From Pyrinomonadaceae bacterium (GTDB taxonomy: Bacteria; Acidobacteriota; Blastocatellia; Pyrinomonadales; Pyrinomonadaceae): DNA of 64,000 bases. The stretch's first letter is position 1, and each line of letters opens with the position of its first letter. The notes under the pieces were generated by a model that did no database searches, was not told the origin of the DNA, and saw only the letters and a list, made by a program, of their open reading frames with translations. The position numbers and the translations under genes were made by a program. Where the stretch lies: positions 1 to 64,000 of the forward strand of contig JBKBYA010000011.1 in NCBI GenBank assembly GCA_046313635.1, given 5' to 3'. Shown piece by piece: positions 11,965 to 20,953 of this stretch.

Positions 11965-12565
11965 AGAGGTTGGACTTGTACGCGTCCCAAAGTCTTGAGA
12001 TCTTTATGCGGTATTCGACCAGCGCCCGGCTGACGCCGAAATGCCGCGCGATCTCGCGAGACGATCTCCCTTGCGACACAAACTTTTTCAATGCCGCGTA
12101 CGGCACCAGCGCCGCCGCTCCGGTCGCGTATGCCTCTTCTTCGATATCGTGGTTGTAGTCGCGGGCGACGACGCGGCCATTCTTATCCCGCCGGCTGATC
12201 GCCAGCCGGCTCGGCTTGTGCCCGAGAAAGACGTGGCAGATCTCCTCCATCAGCGTCGCGGCCTGTCGAGACGGGGCGTGTGTCGGATTGAGGATGATCA
12301 GCTTTCGGCCGTCGGGCAGCGTCTGCGAGGCGGCACCGCCCGACCAGAGATCCTTTCCTGCGTCGATCAGCTGACCCCTCGATTCTTGCGAAATAAGTCC
12401 TTCGACCGCCTCGAAGGGCAGGACAAAGAGGTTCGCGTAGCGGGCTAGTTCAAAAGGGTCGAGCTTTTGCTCGGGCCGCCTGAGGCCTGCAAACTCACGC
12501 AGGCCTGCGGCCCTGATCTCGTGATGGCGGCCCTTAGGGGTCGGCGGCAGATCTGCGATGTGCAT
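11939..12565 (-). CDS. ImmA/IrrE-family metallopeptidase-like protein with C-terminal HTH
   Basis: IILN...RQAATLMEEICHVFLGH...EEEAYATGAAALVP...EIARHFGVS layout; HEXXH appears as EEICH. Confidence 0.78.
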   Translation of the reverse strand: MHIADLPPTPKGRHHEIRAAGLREFAGLRRPEQKLDPFELARYANLFVLPFEAVEGLISQESRGQLIDAGKDLWSGGAASQTLPDGRKLIILNPTHAPSRQAATLMEEICHVFLGHKPSRLAISRRDKNGRVVARDYNHDIEEEAYATGAAALVPYAALKKFVSQGRSSREIARHFGVSRALVEYRIKISRLWDAYKSNLFDARNDDD

Positions 12566-12645
12566 AAAGGATAGCAGGCCCTGAGTTCGCGGCAGCCAAA
12601 GGCCGTGGTGATTTCGGCTGCCGCTCTAGCCGAATGCCCGCCGGT

Positions 12646-13167
12646 TTAGACCTCTTTGTACTCGGAGTCGACGTCCTCGCTCGACAGAGCGACGCGATAA
12701 TTCCTAGATTGCTTCTGCTTTGTGATCAGGAGGTCGTCCTTGGTCTTGAGCAGATCGGCACGGCTGTAAACCGAAAGCTCAAAATTGTAGCCGTGAGTGA
12801 TGGCGTCCTTGGGACAAGCCTCGACGCAAAAGCCGCAAAAGATGCAGCGGCCGTAATCGATGTTGTAAACCTTGGCGTAGCGCTCGTCGCGGCCGATACG
12901 CTCGGCGTACGGGCGCGGGTCGTTCTCGGCCTCGATGTAAATGCAGTCCGAGGGGCACGCCGCCGCACAGAGATAACAGGCGACGCATTTTTCCTTGCCG
13001 TTCTCGTCGACGTGCAGCAGGTGCTGCCCGCGATAACGCGGCTGGACGGTTACCGGCTCGTCCGGATATTGGACCGTCCACTTTTCGCGAGGGATCTCCG
13101 AGATCGTCCGGCGCATTCCTTTGAGCACCGCGACCGTCGATTGAATGACGTCAGAAACTAATGACAT
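12646..13167 (-). CDS. nuoI: NADH-quinone oxidoreductase subunit I
   Basis: TVQYP, PRYRGQH, two CxxCxxCxxxCP motifs (CVACYLCAAACP, CIFCGFCVEACP) and YNIDYGRC. Confidence 0.93.
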   Translation of the reverse strand: MSLVSDVIQSTVAVLKGMRRTISEIPREKWTVQYPDEPVTVQPRYRGQHLLHVDENGKEKCVACYLCAAACPSDCIYIEAENDPRPYAERIGRDERYAKVYNIDYGRCIFCGFCVEACPKDAITHGYNFELSVYSRADLLKTKDDLLITKQKQSRNYRVALSSEDVDSEYKEV

Positions 13168-13208
13168 ATGCGTAAAGAGATATGGGCGGCCGAGCGGCGT
13201 CGCTCGAT

Positions 13209-14108
13209 CTACTGAGCAACCGAATTCATTACCGCGCTGAGTCCTCCCAAAAAGAAGCTGACGATCCAGTAGATCAAGCCGAGGACCAAAAACAACCCGC
13301 CCAGTATCATGCCGACGATCGCCAGGGTCTTTCCGCCAAACTCCGACGGGTTAGAATTTGCATTCTTTATACCGAGAAAGCCGGTAACCAAAGCCACAAT
13401 GCCGGTCAGCGGCGCAACCCAGCAGCACAGCGAGAGGATTCCGAAAACGAGCGAGACGATCGGCAGCGTCTTATTCTCACCGCCCGCGCCCACCGGCGGC
13501 GGTTGGAATGGCGTGTTTTGGCCGACACCTTGATTTTGCCAGCTCGCCTCAGGTGCGGGCGGCGGCGTCCATTCGACCGGTGCCGGAGGCGGAACGGCTT
13601 TTTCAAACGGATCGAAGGCCGGCGGCTGACTGATGCGGGTCTCGGCTTCAGAAAGATCTCGGCCCGCCGACTCGGTCGACACAGGCTCGGGAACACTGAA
13701 GGGCGACGGTATAGGCGGAGCCGACTGTTGATAGATCGTCTCCTCCTCAGCCTCGAGCTCGGCATCGCCTGTCGACGCCACGTCCTCGGCAGGCGCCTCG
13801 GGCCGGTCGTCCTGAAGCGAAGCGCTCCCGCCCGTCAACGGCGGGATCTCCATCACCTCGCCTTCGCTTGCGAAACCCTGCGACGGGGCCGCGGCCGGTA
13901 TCTCTAGCACGTCGTCACTCGCGCGTGATGTATCGCCCGCCTTGCCGGACTCGCTCGAACCGAGCGCGGCGGCGATCTCGTCCTTGCTCGCAACCATTGT
14001 CTTGAACGGATCGGGCGTCTCGACGACATCCACCAAAGGCGTGCCGTCCGCCTGGCAAAACCGCATTCCGTCGTCGAACGTCTTATCGCAAGTCGGGCAC
14101 TTTTTCAT
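13209..14108 (-). CDS. membrane protein: N-terminal zinc-ribbon-like motif, Pro/acidic linker, DUF4190-like C-terminus
   Basis: MKKCPTC...FCQADG; C-terminal IVSLVFGILSLCC...GKTLAIVGMILG pair of TM helices. Confidence 0.75.
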   Translation of the reverse strand: MKKCPTCDKTFDDGMRFCQADGTPLVDVVETPDPFKTMVASKDEIAAALGSSESGKAGDTSRASDDVLEIPAAAPSQGFASEGEVMEIPPLTGGSASLQDDRPEAPAEDVASTGDAELEAEEETIYQQSAPPIPSPFSVPEPVSTESAGRDLSEAETRISQPPAFDPFEKAVPPPAPVEWTPPPAPEASWQNQGVGQNTPFQPPPVGAGGENKTLPIVSLVFGILSLCCWVAPLTGIVALVTGFLGIKNANSNPSEFGGKTLAIVGMILGGLFLVLGLIYWIVSFFLGGLSAVMNSVAQ

Positions 14109-14221
14109 AAGCTGCAAATGAGATCGGTCGGTTGCCGAAAGGTCGTTTTGAGCGGCGAACGTTTGAAGATCCTAATTTACTAACGCACCGCCCCGAGGTC
14201 TGACCTGTTATAACGCCGCAC

Positions 14222-14638
14222 CTAAACTAATTCAAGTTTACTAAAGAAATAGCTTATTTCTATCGCGGCGTTCTCGTCCGAGTCGGAGCCGTGAACGGCG
14301 TTCTCGCCGATCGACGACGCAAATTCCCTGCGGAGAGTTCCCTCTGCGGCCTCGGCCGGGTTGGTCGCGCCCATCAGTTCGCGCCAAGCTTTGACGGCAT
14401 TTTCTTTTTCGAGCGCCAGCACGACGCAGGGGCCGCTCGACATGAACTCGGTCAGCTCCTCGTAAAAGCCTTTGCCGGCGTGAACCGCATAAAATCCCTC
14501 GGCCTGCTTCTTGGTCTGGTGGACCAGCTTCATACCGCGAATGTTAAAGCCCGCCTCGAGAATGCGGGCGATGATCTTGCCGTGATTCCCGGCGCGAACC
14601 GCGTCGGGCTTGATGATTCCGAATGTTAATGTGCTCAT
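14222..14638 (-). CDS. ndk: nucleoside diphosphate kinase
   Basis: [20 protein letters not shown] and NAVHGSDS motifs. Confidence 0.98.
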   Translation of the reverse strand: MSTLTFGIIKPDAVRAGNHGKIIARILEAGFNIRGMKLVHQTKKQAEGFYAVHAGKGFYEELTEFMSSGPCVVLALEKENAVKAWRELMGATNPAEAAEGTLRREFASSIGENAVHGSDSDENAAIEISYFFSKLELV

Positions 14639-14644
14639 TAGTTA

Positions 14645-15337
14645 CTATTCTGATTTTGTTGTTGGATTTGATCGGGTATTCACCTTGATCGAAATGTCAT
14701 TTATTTCGGGCCCGGGCTTGAGCTCGACACCCTCTCGCGTCGCGATGGGGCGTCCGAACGAGTGGCTGATCCTGAGGCTGTAAATACCGGTCGGAACCGT
14801 GAAATAGAACATGCCGTATCCGGTAGTCCGAAAGTTCGAAATACGCTGGTCGGGTCCAATAAGCGAAACAGCTGCATCCGCCACTGGTACTCCGGCCGAA
14901 TCCTTGACCTCTCCGATCAGCCGGGCCCACGGCTCGATCGAGGGAATGTCGGTGCTGCCTTTTCTTTTCAGCCGGATCGAGAACGCATGCGGCGATCTTG
15001 AACTATTTAGCGGCAGGTCGACGATGGCTTCAAAAGCGTCATATCCCGCAGCCCGTATTGACAGCTTAGTATTGTGGTGCGATCCACACATGCCATGAAA
15101 AAGCTTGAACGCTCCCGATTTGGGCAATGGTGTCAATTCCCTATCTTCATAGAGAATCGACTCATCCGTTGCGGCCGAACGCAACTCGAGTTTTGCGGAG
15201 CTCACAAAGCTGCCGGCCGAATTAGAAACGTAAAACACAGCGTGAATGTACCCGCATGCCTGCGCGAATGATGCCCCGCTACTCGCTAAAACAACGAGCA
15301 GCGAAGCCAACGAAACCTTAAGGCATCTATGGGTCAT
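14645..15337 (-). CDS. secreted protein with carboxypeptidase-regulatory-like beta domains
   Basis: Signal peptide; GEVKDSAGVPVADAAVSL...GMFYF..PTGIYSLRI pattern; visibly more AT-rich than its neighbours. Confidence 0.65.
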   Translation of the reverse strand: MTHRCLKVSLASLLVVLASSGASFAQACGYIHAVFYVSNSAGSFVSSAKLELRSAATDESILYEDRELTPLPKSGAFKLFHGMCGSHHNTKLSIRAAGYDAFEAIVDLPLNSSRSPHAFSIRLKRKGSTDIPSIEPWARLIGEVKDSAGVPVADAAVSLIGPDQRISNFRTTGYGMFYFTVPTGIYSLRISHSFGRPIATREGVELKPGPEINDISIKVNTRSNPTTKSE

Positions 15338-15351
15338 TGGCGTTCTGACAA

Positions 15352-16236
15352 TTAGGCCGCAGCGCTCGATCCCAACATCTCGGCAACCGCCTGCCCGATA
15401 TCCGCGGGCGACTGGACAACGTGGATCCCGGCTTCCGTCAATGCCTTCATTTTCTCGGCCGCGGTGCCCTTGCCGCCCGAGATGATCGCACCGGCGTGCC
15501 CCATGCGGCGTCCCGGAGGCGCGGTCTGGCCGGCGATGAAGGCGACGATCGGTTTTGTCACGTTGTCTTTGGCGTAGGCCGCGGCGTCCTCTTCGGCAGT
15601 GCCCCCGATCTCGCCGATCATAACGATCGCGTCCGTTTCGGGATCTTCTTGAAACAGCTTGAGCGCATCGGTGTGCGTCGTGCCGATGATCGGGTCGCCG
15701 CCGATGCCGATCGCCGTCGATTGGCCGAGGCCGAGCGCGGTGAGCTGGCCGACGGCTTCATAGGTGAGCGTGCCCGAGCGCGAGACGACGCCGATCCTTC
15801 CCTCTTTGTGAATGTGGCCGGGCATGATGCCGATCTTGCACTTGCCGGGCGAGATGATGCCGGGGCAGTTCGGGCCGATCAGCCGCGTCTGCTTGTCGCG
15901 AAGGTATTCTTTTGCCTTGACCATGTCCGCGACCGGAATGCCCTCCGTGATGCAGACGACGAGCGGCAGACCGGCGTCGGCGGCTTCCATTATCGCGTCG
16001 GCGGCGAATGCGGGCGGCACGTAGATGACCGACGCGTTTGCCCCCGTTTCGCGGACGGCGTCGGCGACGGTGTTAAAGACCGGCACGTTCTCGTGCACGC
16101 TGCCGCCCTTGCCGGGCGTGACACCGGCGACGACATTCGTGCCGTACTCGATCATCTGCAGCGTGTGAAAAGTGCCCTCTTTGCCGGTGATGCCCTGCAC
16201 CACGAGGCGTGTGTTCTTATCGACTAGAACGCTCAA
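15352..16236 (-). CDS. sucD: succinyl-CoA synthetase alpha subunit
   Basis: [28 protein letters not shown] and [10 protein letters not shown] motifs. Confidence 0.98.
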   Translation of the reverse strand: MSVLVDKNTRLVVQGITGKEGTFHTLQMIEYGTNVVAGVTPGKGGSVHENVPVFNTVADAVRETGANASVIYVPPAFAADAIMEAADAGLPLVVCITEGIPVADMVKAKEYLRDKQTRLIGPNCPGIISPGKCKIGIMPGHIHKEGRIGVVSRSGTLTYEAVGQLTALGLGQSTAIGIGGDPIIGTTHTDALKLFQEDPETDAIVMIGEIGGTAEEDAAAYAKDNVTKPIVAFIAGQTAPPGRRMGHAGAIISGGKGTAAEKMKALTEAGIHVVQSPADIGQAVAEMLGSSAAA

Positions 16237-16447
16237 GTTTAAACTCCAGAATTAGTTGGTGATCAAAACAAAGCGAAATTATAACACGCGGCTCCGACGC
16301 CTCGGCAATTTGGCCCGACCAACTTTTTGTGAACCTTTTTGAATTCGGGTGCGTTTGCAAATGCGGGCCGCTCTACCTGTAAGGCCGCATCCGCCTTGTG
16401 CGGTGCGGCGCGGCCGCACAGGCCTCCGGCAGCCTTTCTATATCGAG

Positions 16448-17692
16448 ATGAAGCAGCTTTATTCATTTTATTCCGACGCCTTTTGGATCGCGCTCAAGTC
16501 GATCCTCGAGCACAAGCTGCGAGCCTTCCTGACCCTTATCGGCATCATCATCGGCGTGGCCGCGGTGGTCGTGGTCGGCGCATCGATCAGCGGCCTTAAG
16601 ACGTACGTCATCGGCCAGGTCTCAAAGGTCCTCGGCTCCAATCACTTCATGATCACGCGAATGGCCAACGTCGGAGACCTGTCTGATGAGGAGTACGAGC
16701 GTCGCAATCGTCGCAACAAGGACGTCACGTGGGAAGAGTACGAGCATGTCCGCGAGCGCTGCCGGCAGTGTTCTTTTGTCGGAGCGCAGATGAACGCGGG
16801 CGCCGACCTCAAAGAGGGCGCCGTCGAGATGCCCTCGACACGCGTGATCGGGGTGACCGACACGATGTACGAGATCGAGGACAAGACGCTTACGGCCGGC
16901 CGATTCTTTTCGGGCGAGGAGGTACAGCGCTCGGCGAAGGTCGCTGTGATCGGCGCCGACGTGGCTGAAAAGTTCTTTGAATTCACATCGCCCGTCGGCA
17001 AGACGATAAAGATACGGGGCGTTCCGGTGCAGATCATCGGCGTCGAGCAGCGGCGCGGCTCATTCTTTGGCCAGTCGCAGGACCGGCATCTTTACATTCC
17101 GATCACGCTCCACAACCAGATCTTTAACCGGTCGGGCGGCATCCAGCTGCACGGTAAGACCGTTACCAAAGAAGCTTTTCATCCGGCGATCGAAGAGGCC
17201 GAGCTGCTGCTCCGAAACAAACGCGAGCTGCTCGGCAGCGAAGAGAATACCTTCTCGGTCGTCAACGTGGACGAGTTCAACTCGACGATGGACCAGGTGA
17301 CCGGGGCCATCGCCGTCGTCGTCGTGCCGATCACGCTGATCATTCTCGTCGTCGGCGGCATCGTCGTGATGAATATCATGCTCGTCTCGGTCACGGAGCG
17401 GACGTTTGAGGTCGGCCTGCGCAAGGCGCTCGGCGCGACGCGTAAGCAGATACTGCTGCAGTTCCTGATCGAATCTTCGCTGCTGTGCGTCGTCGGCGGG
17501 CTTCTCGGCCTGGCGCTCGCCGTCGGCGCGACGCAGCTTGTCGGTTATCTATTGAGTATGACGATGACGATCACCTTGTTTTACGTGATCGTCTCGGTAA
17601 GCGTGTCGAGCGTCATAGGCGTCGCCGCCGGGCTCTACCCTGCATGGAAGGCCGCGCGTCTCGACCCGATCGTCGCCCTGACGCAGAGCTAG
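16448..17692 (+). CDS. MacB/FtsX-family ABC transporter permease
   Basis: HKLRAFLTLIGIIIGVAAV, GGIVVMNIMLVSVTERTFEVGLRKALGA and PAWKAARLDPI. Start at ATG 16448. Confidence 0.93.
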   Translation: MKQLYSFYSDAFWIALKSILEHKLRAFLTLIGIIIGVAAVVVVGASISGLKTYVIGQVSKVLGSNHFMITRMANVGDLSDEEYERRNRRNKDVTWEEYEHVRERCRQCSFVGAQMNAGADLKEGAVEMPSTRVIGVTDTMYEIEDKTLTAGRFFSGEEVQRSAKVAVIGADVAEKFFEFTSPVGKTIKIRGVPVQIIGVEQRRGSFFGQSQDRHLYIPITLHNQIFNRSGGIQLHGKTVTKEAFHPAIEEAELLLRNKRELLGSEENTFSVVNVDEFNSTMDQVTGAIAVVVVPITLIILVVGGIVVMNIMLVSVTERTFEVGLRKALGATRKQILLQFLIESSLLCVVGGLLGLALAVGATQLVGYLLSMTMTITLFYVIVSVSVSSVIGVAAGLYPAWKAARLDPIVALTQS

Positions 17693-17698
17693 GAAGGT

Positions 17699-17832
17699 GT
17701 GAATGGTGAGTGGTGAACGGTGAACGCTGATTTGCAAGTGGTAGACCTGGGTTCTCAAGCCATCTCACAGTTGTGTGCGACACTACGGTCGATTCGACTC
17801 TTACCTCTTATCGTTCACCACTCACCACTATA
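17699..17832. repeat. inverted pair of heptamer tandem arrays (GTGAACG-type / CGTTCAC-type)
   Basis: GTGAATG GTGAGTG GTGAACG GTGAACG (17699-17726) and CTCTTAC CTCTTAT CGTTCAC CACTCAC CACTATA (17798-17832). Confidence 0.75.
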
Positions 17833-17839
17833 AACTGCT

Positions 17840-19105
17840 ATGAAGTTCTCAGCCTCATTGCCCGCGGAAGTGCTCAGGATGGCGTACGACAGCGTCGTCT
17901 CGCACAAGTTCCGGTCGTTCCTGACGATCCTCGGCATCGTCGTCGGCATCCTGACCGCGGTCGTCGTCGCGTCGATCCTGACGGGGATGCGGCAAAACAT
18001 AGTCTCGATGTTCGAAGAGTACGGGACCAACAATATCTATCTGTTTCACCTTTCGACCGGCTTCGGGCCGAGCAACCGCGACGAGCGAAACCGCAAGCCG
18101 CTGACGACCGACGATGCAGACGCCATTCTCAGCCAGGCGTCGACGGTCGAAGACGTGGCAACCGTCGCCGTCAATATCGGCTCGTGGGGGACCGGCTTTG
18201 ACGACAACATGATCTACAAGGACAAGAACTATCGCTGGGCGCTGACCGACGGCGTGACCCCCAATTACGCCAAGATCACCAATCTCACGATCCGTGAAGG
18301 GCGATGGCTGACCGAAATGGACAACTACGAGCGCCGCAACGTGCTCGTTTTAGGAGTAAGCGCGGTGGACGCGCTCTTTGACGGCAAACCCGAAGAGGCC
18401 GTAGGCAAGGTGATCAGAATGAACGGCACGACATGGGAGATCGTCGGCGTGATAGAAAAGCGAAAGGCCGGCTTCTTCGGCGAGAACGAAGAGGACCGCA
18501 AGATCTTTATGCCATTCCGCACCGCGCGAAAGGCCGCCCCGACTCGCGATGCCGTGCTTCACATCGCCGCTGCAAAAAAGGGAATGCTGAACGACGCAGT
18601 GCTCGAGATCGAGGGGATCCTCCGACAGCGGCGCGGCGTCAAGACGGGCGAACCCAACAATTTTGACATCAAGACCGCGGACGATTTTATGCGGCAGTTT
18701 GACGGGATGCTCGCCGGCATCGGCGCGGCCGCGATCGCGATCTCGTGTCTCGGCCTGCTCGTCGGCGGCATCGGCGTGATGAATATCATGCTCGTCTCGG
18801 TCACCGAGCGCACCAAAGAGATCGGCATCCGCAAGGCGATCGGCGCGACCAGGGGAGCGATCGTCTTTCAGTTCCTGTCGGAGGCAATGGCGCTCACCCT
18901 GCTCGGCGGAGTGATCGGCGTGGTCCTCTCGATCGGCATCAGCAACCTGATAATGGCCCTCATCCCCGAGCTCCCCGCCCAGGTCGAGCTATGGATGATC
19001 GTCCTCTCGCTCACCGTCTCTGTCGGCGTCGGCCTCATATTCGGCGTGTTCCCCGCAATGCGCGCCGCCCGTCTCGACCCGATCGAGTGCCTCCGATACG
19101 AATAA
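17840..19105 (+). CDS. MacB/FtsX-family ABC transporter permease
   Basis: HKFRSFLTILGIVVG, GGIGVMNIMLVSVTERTKEIGIRKAIGA and PAMRAARLDPIECLRYE. Confidence 0.94.
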   Translation: MKFSASLPAEVLRMAYDSVVSHKFRSFLTILGIVVGILTAVVVASILTGMRQNIVSMFEEYGTNNIYLFHLSTGFGPSNRDERNRKPLTTDDADAILSQASTVEDVATVAVNIGSWGTGFDDNMIYKDKNYRWALTDGVTPNYAKITNLTIREGRWLTEMDNYERRNVLVLGVSAVDALFDGKPEEAVGKVIRMNGTTWEIVGVIEKRKAGFFGENEEDRKIFMPFRTARKAAPTRDAVLHIAAAKKGMLNDAVLEIEGILRQRRGVKTGEPNNFDIKTADDFMRQFDGMLAGIGAAAIAISCLGLLVGGIGVMNIMLVSVTERTKEIGIRKAIGATRGAIVFQFLSEAMALTLLGGVIGVVLSIGISNLIMALIPELPAQVELWMIVLSLTVSVGVGLIFGVFPAMRAARLDPIECLRYE

Positions 19106-19497
19106 GCATCCGTAATAAAAAGCTGTCTGGAAGAACTCGGTACGCTTTGCTTCCGAGACGGATGGCCGCGTTTAGATCCCGCTGATCGTTTCGGCCCTAT
19201 TCGTCCCCGCGCCTCACGGCCCAACCTAGAGAGCCGCCTATCAAAGCAGGCCGCAATTTTCCAGACAGCACGCAATAGAGAACAGAAACAGCCCTTTTTA
19301 CGACGGTCGCTCGCCGGTCGCCAAGACCGTCCGCGGAGACCCGTTTAAATTGACCGATCGAATTGTGGAAGGCGGATCGATCTATTTGTTTTTTTTAATT
19401 AGCAACTCGATCCGAGCTCTCTGACCGGCCACGATCCCACCATTAACGACAGCGGATAGTCCGCACCATCCATCAGATCGGAGGAACTTCTTTACCA

Positions 19498-19986
19498 ATG
19501 AAGCTGCCAGCACTCACCGCCGCCTTGGTCTTGTTTTTGGTTTCAACCTCGAGCTTTATTTCCGCCGCAAAAGATAACAAGATTCGTCCCGCGGCGGATC
19601 CTATACCCGGACGATATATCGTTGTGCTCAAGACGGACGCTTCGACGTTAGCTGAGACATCGGTGCCCGACACGATCGGTCTTTTGAGTTCAAGCTACGC
19701 CATTCAGCCCGAGCACGTGTACGAGTCGGCGTTCGCTGGCTTCTCGGTCAAGATGACGAGGGACGAGGCATCTCTTCTCAGCGAAGATCCGCGTGTCGCC
19801 TACGTCGAAGAGGACTCGTACGTCACCGCGGCACAGGGCGAACAGACATCTCCCGGCTGGGGGCTCGACCGGATCGATCAGCGGGCGCTGCCCTACGACA
19901 ATATTTACAATTTCCCGGGTACCGGCGCCGGCGTCAACGTCTACTTGCTCGACTCGGGAATACTTACAAGCCATATACAGGAGTAA
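19498..19986 (+). pseudogene. truncated S8 (proteinase K/aqualysin-like) serine protease: signal, I9 propeptide, start of catalytic domain
   Basis: IPGRYIVVLK, VAYVEED, WGLDRIDQR and GAGVNVYLLDSGI (catalytic Asp region), then a stop before the HGT and GTSMA motifs. Confidence 0.85.
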
Positions 19987-20332
19987 AAAGCCAGTTGCTG
20001 ATCGTGCCGTTCCCGGCCGTGTTGTTAAAGTTTGCGGCGATGTACGACGCGGTCGGGCCGGACTGCGCGGGAAATGATGTGGGATTGCCCTGAAACCAGC
20101 CGCTCGTCCCCGCGGGCTCGCTGTTGTTGCGAACGCTCCAGCCGGCCGAGGGCAGCGTCGAAACGTTGTCGAACCCCTCGGAGAAAGCATCTGTCCTAAA
20201 TGCAAATTGGCCGGCCGCATTATTAGCCGACGCCGCTCCGGCCGTCGTCCAGACCGTGGGGTCGGCCAAGGCCAATAAAGCTGCCAATGCGCTCAGGATG
20301 CGGAAATAGGATCGGCGATTTGGTCGGGGCAT
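19964..20332 (-). pseudogene. truncated secreted protein with choice-of-anchor J / cleaved-adhesin-like domain
   Basis: Signal peptide; FSEGFDNV..LP..GW...N.SEP.G...WFQGN...YIAANFNN...TISNWLFTP, then an abrupt stop overlapping the convergent S8 fragment. Confidence 0.65.
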
Positions 20333-20457
20333 ATGATGGGCTCCTATCGAGGGGATCGTACAAACCAAAGTAGTACAACCGCTCCGAGCGGCGGTCAAGC
20401 GTAAATATCGAGATCTTTTTTCGACGGGGAGCGAGACGGCGTTTGATCCTTTGGATC

Positions 20458-20940
20458 TTATCTGCAGGCGACGCTCTTGAGCTCGTAGTTGAGTGCGGAC
20501 GGCTTATCTTTGTTCAGGCCTTCGACCCGGGCGCGGAGAATGTCGCCGTCGAGCCTGTAAGTGATCCGCTGCGGGAAATCGTGGGCCGGGTTTTCAAAGG
20601 TCGCCTCCAGCCGGGCCCGACTGACCAGCCGAAAAGCGATCTCGTCTTTGTTCTGCGACGTCTTTGCGACGTAGAAGGTCCCTTCGCGCCTTTTTTCGAT
20701 ACGCATGAACTCAAAATTCACGACGGCACCGTTACGTACCGACCGCGCTGTCCCGAGCATAAGTCCGCCGTCGGGCTTCATCCAGTTTTCCGAGACACGC
20801 GATCGCTTCGCATGATCGTACTGTTCCCAGCAGCCCGCGAGCCAGGCAAGGTCCTCGACGCTCGGGTCCTTTGTTTGTGAATACAGATCAGACCCGCAGA
20901 ATATGACGCAGACGATGATGCAGCAGATGGCGTTTCGCAT
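20458..20940 (-). CDS. DUF6265-like secreted protein
   Basis: LAWLAGCWE, ENWMKPDGGLMLG and FENPAHDFPQRITY. Confidence 0.78.
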   Translation of the reverse strand: MRNAICCIIVCVIFCGSDLYSQTKDPSVEDLAWLAGCWEQYDHAKRSRVSENWMKPDGGLMLGTARSVRNGAVVNFEFMRIEKRREGTFYVAKTSQNKDEIAFRLVSRARLEATFENPAHDFPQRITYRLDGDILRARVEGLNKDKPSALNYELKSVACR

Positions 20941-20953
20941 GAAGTTGCCGCTC

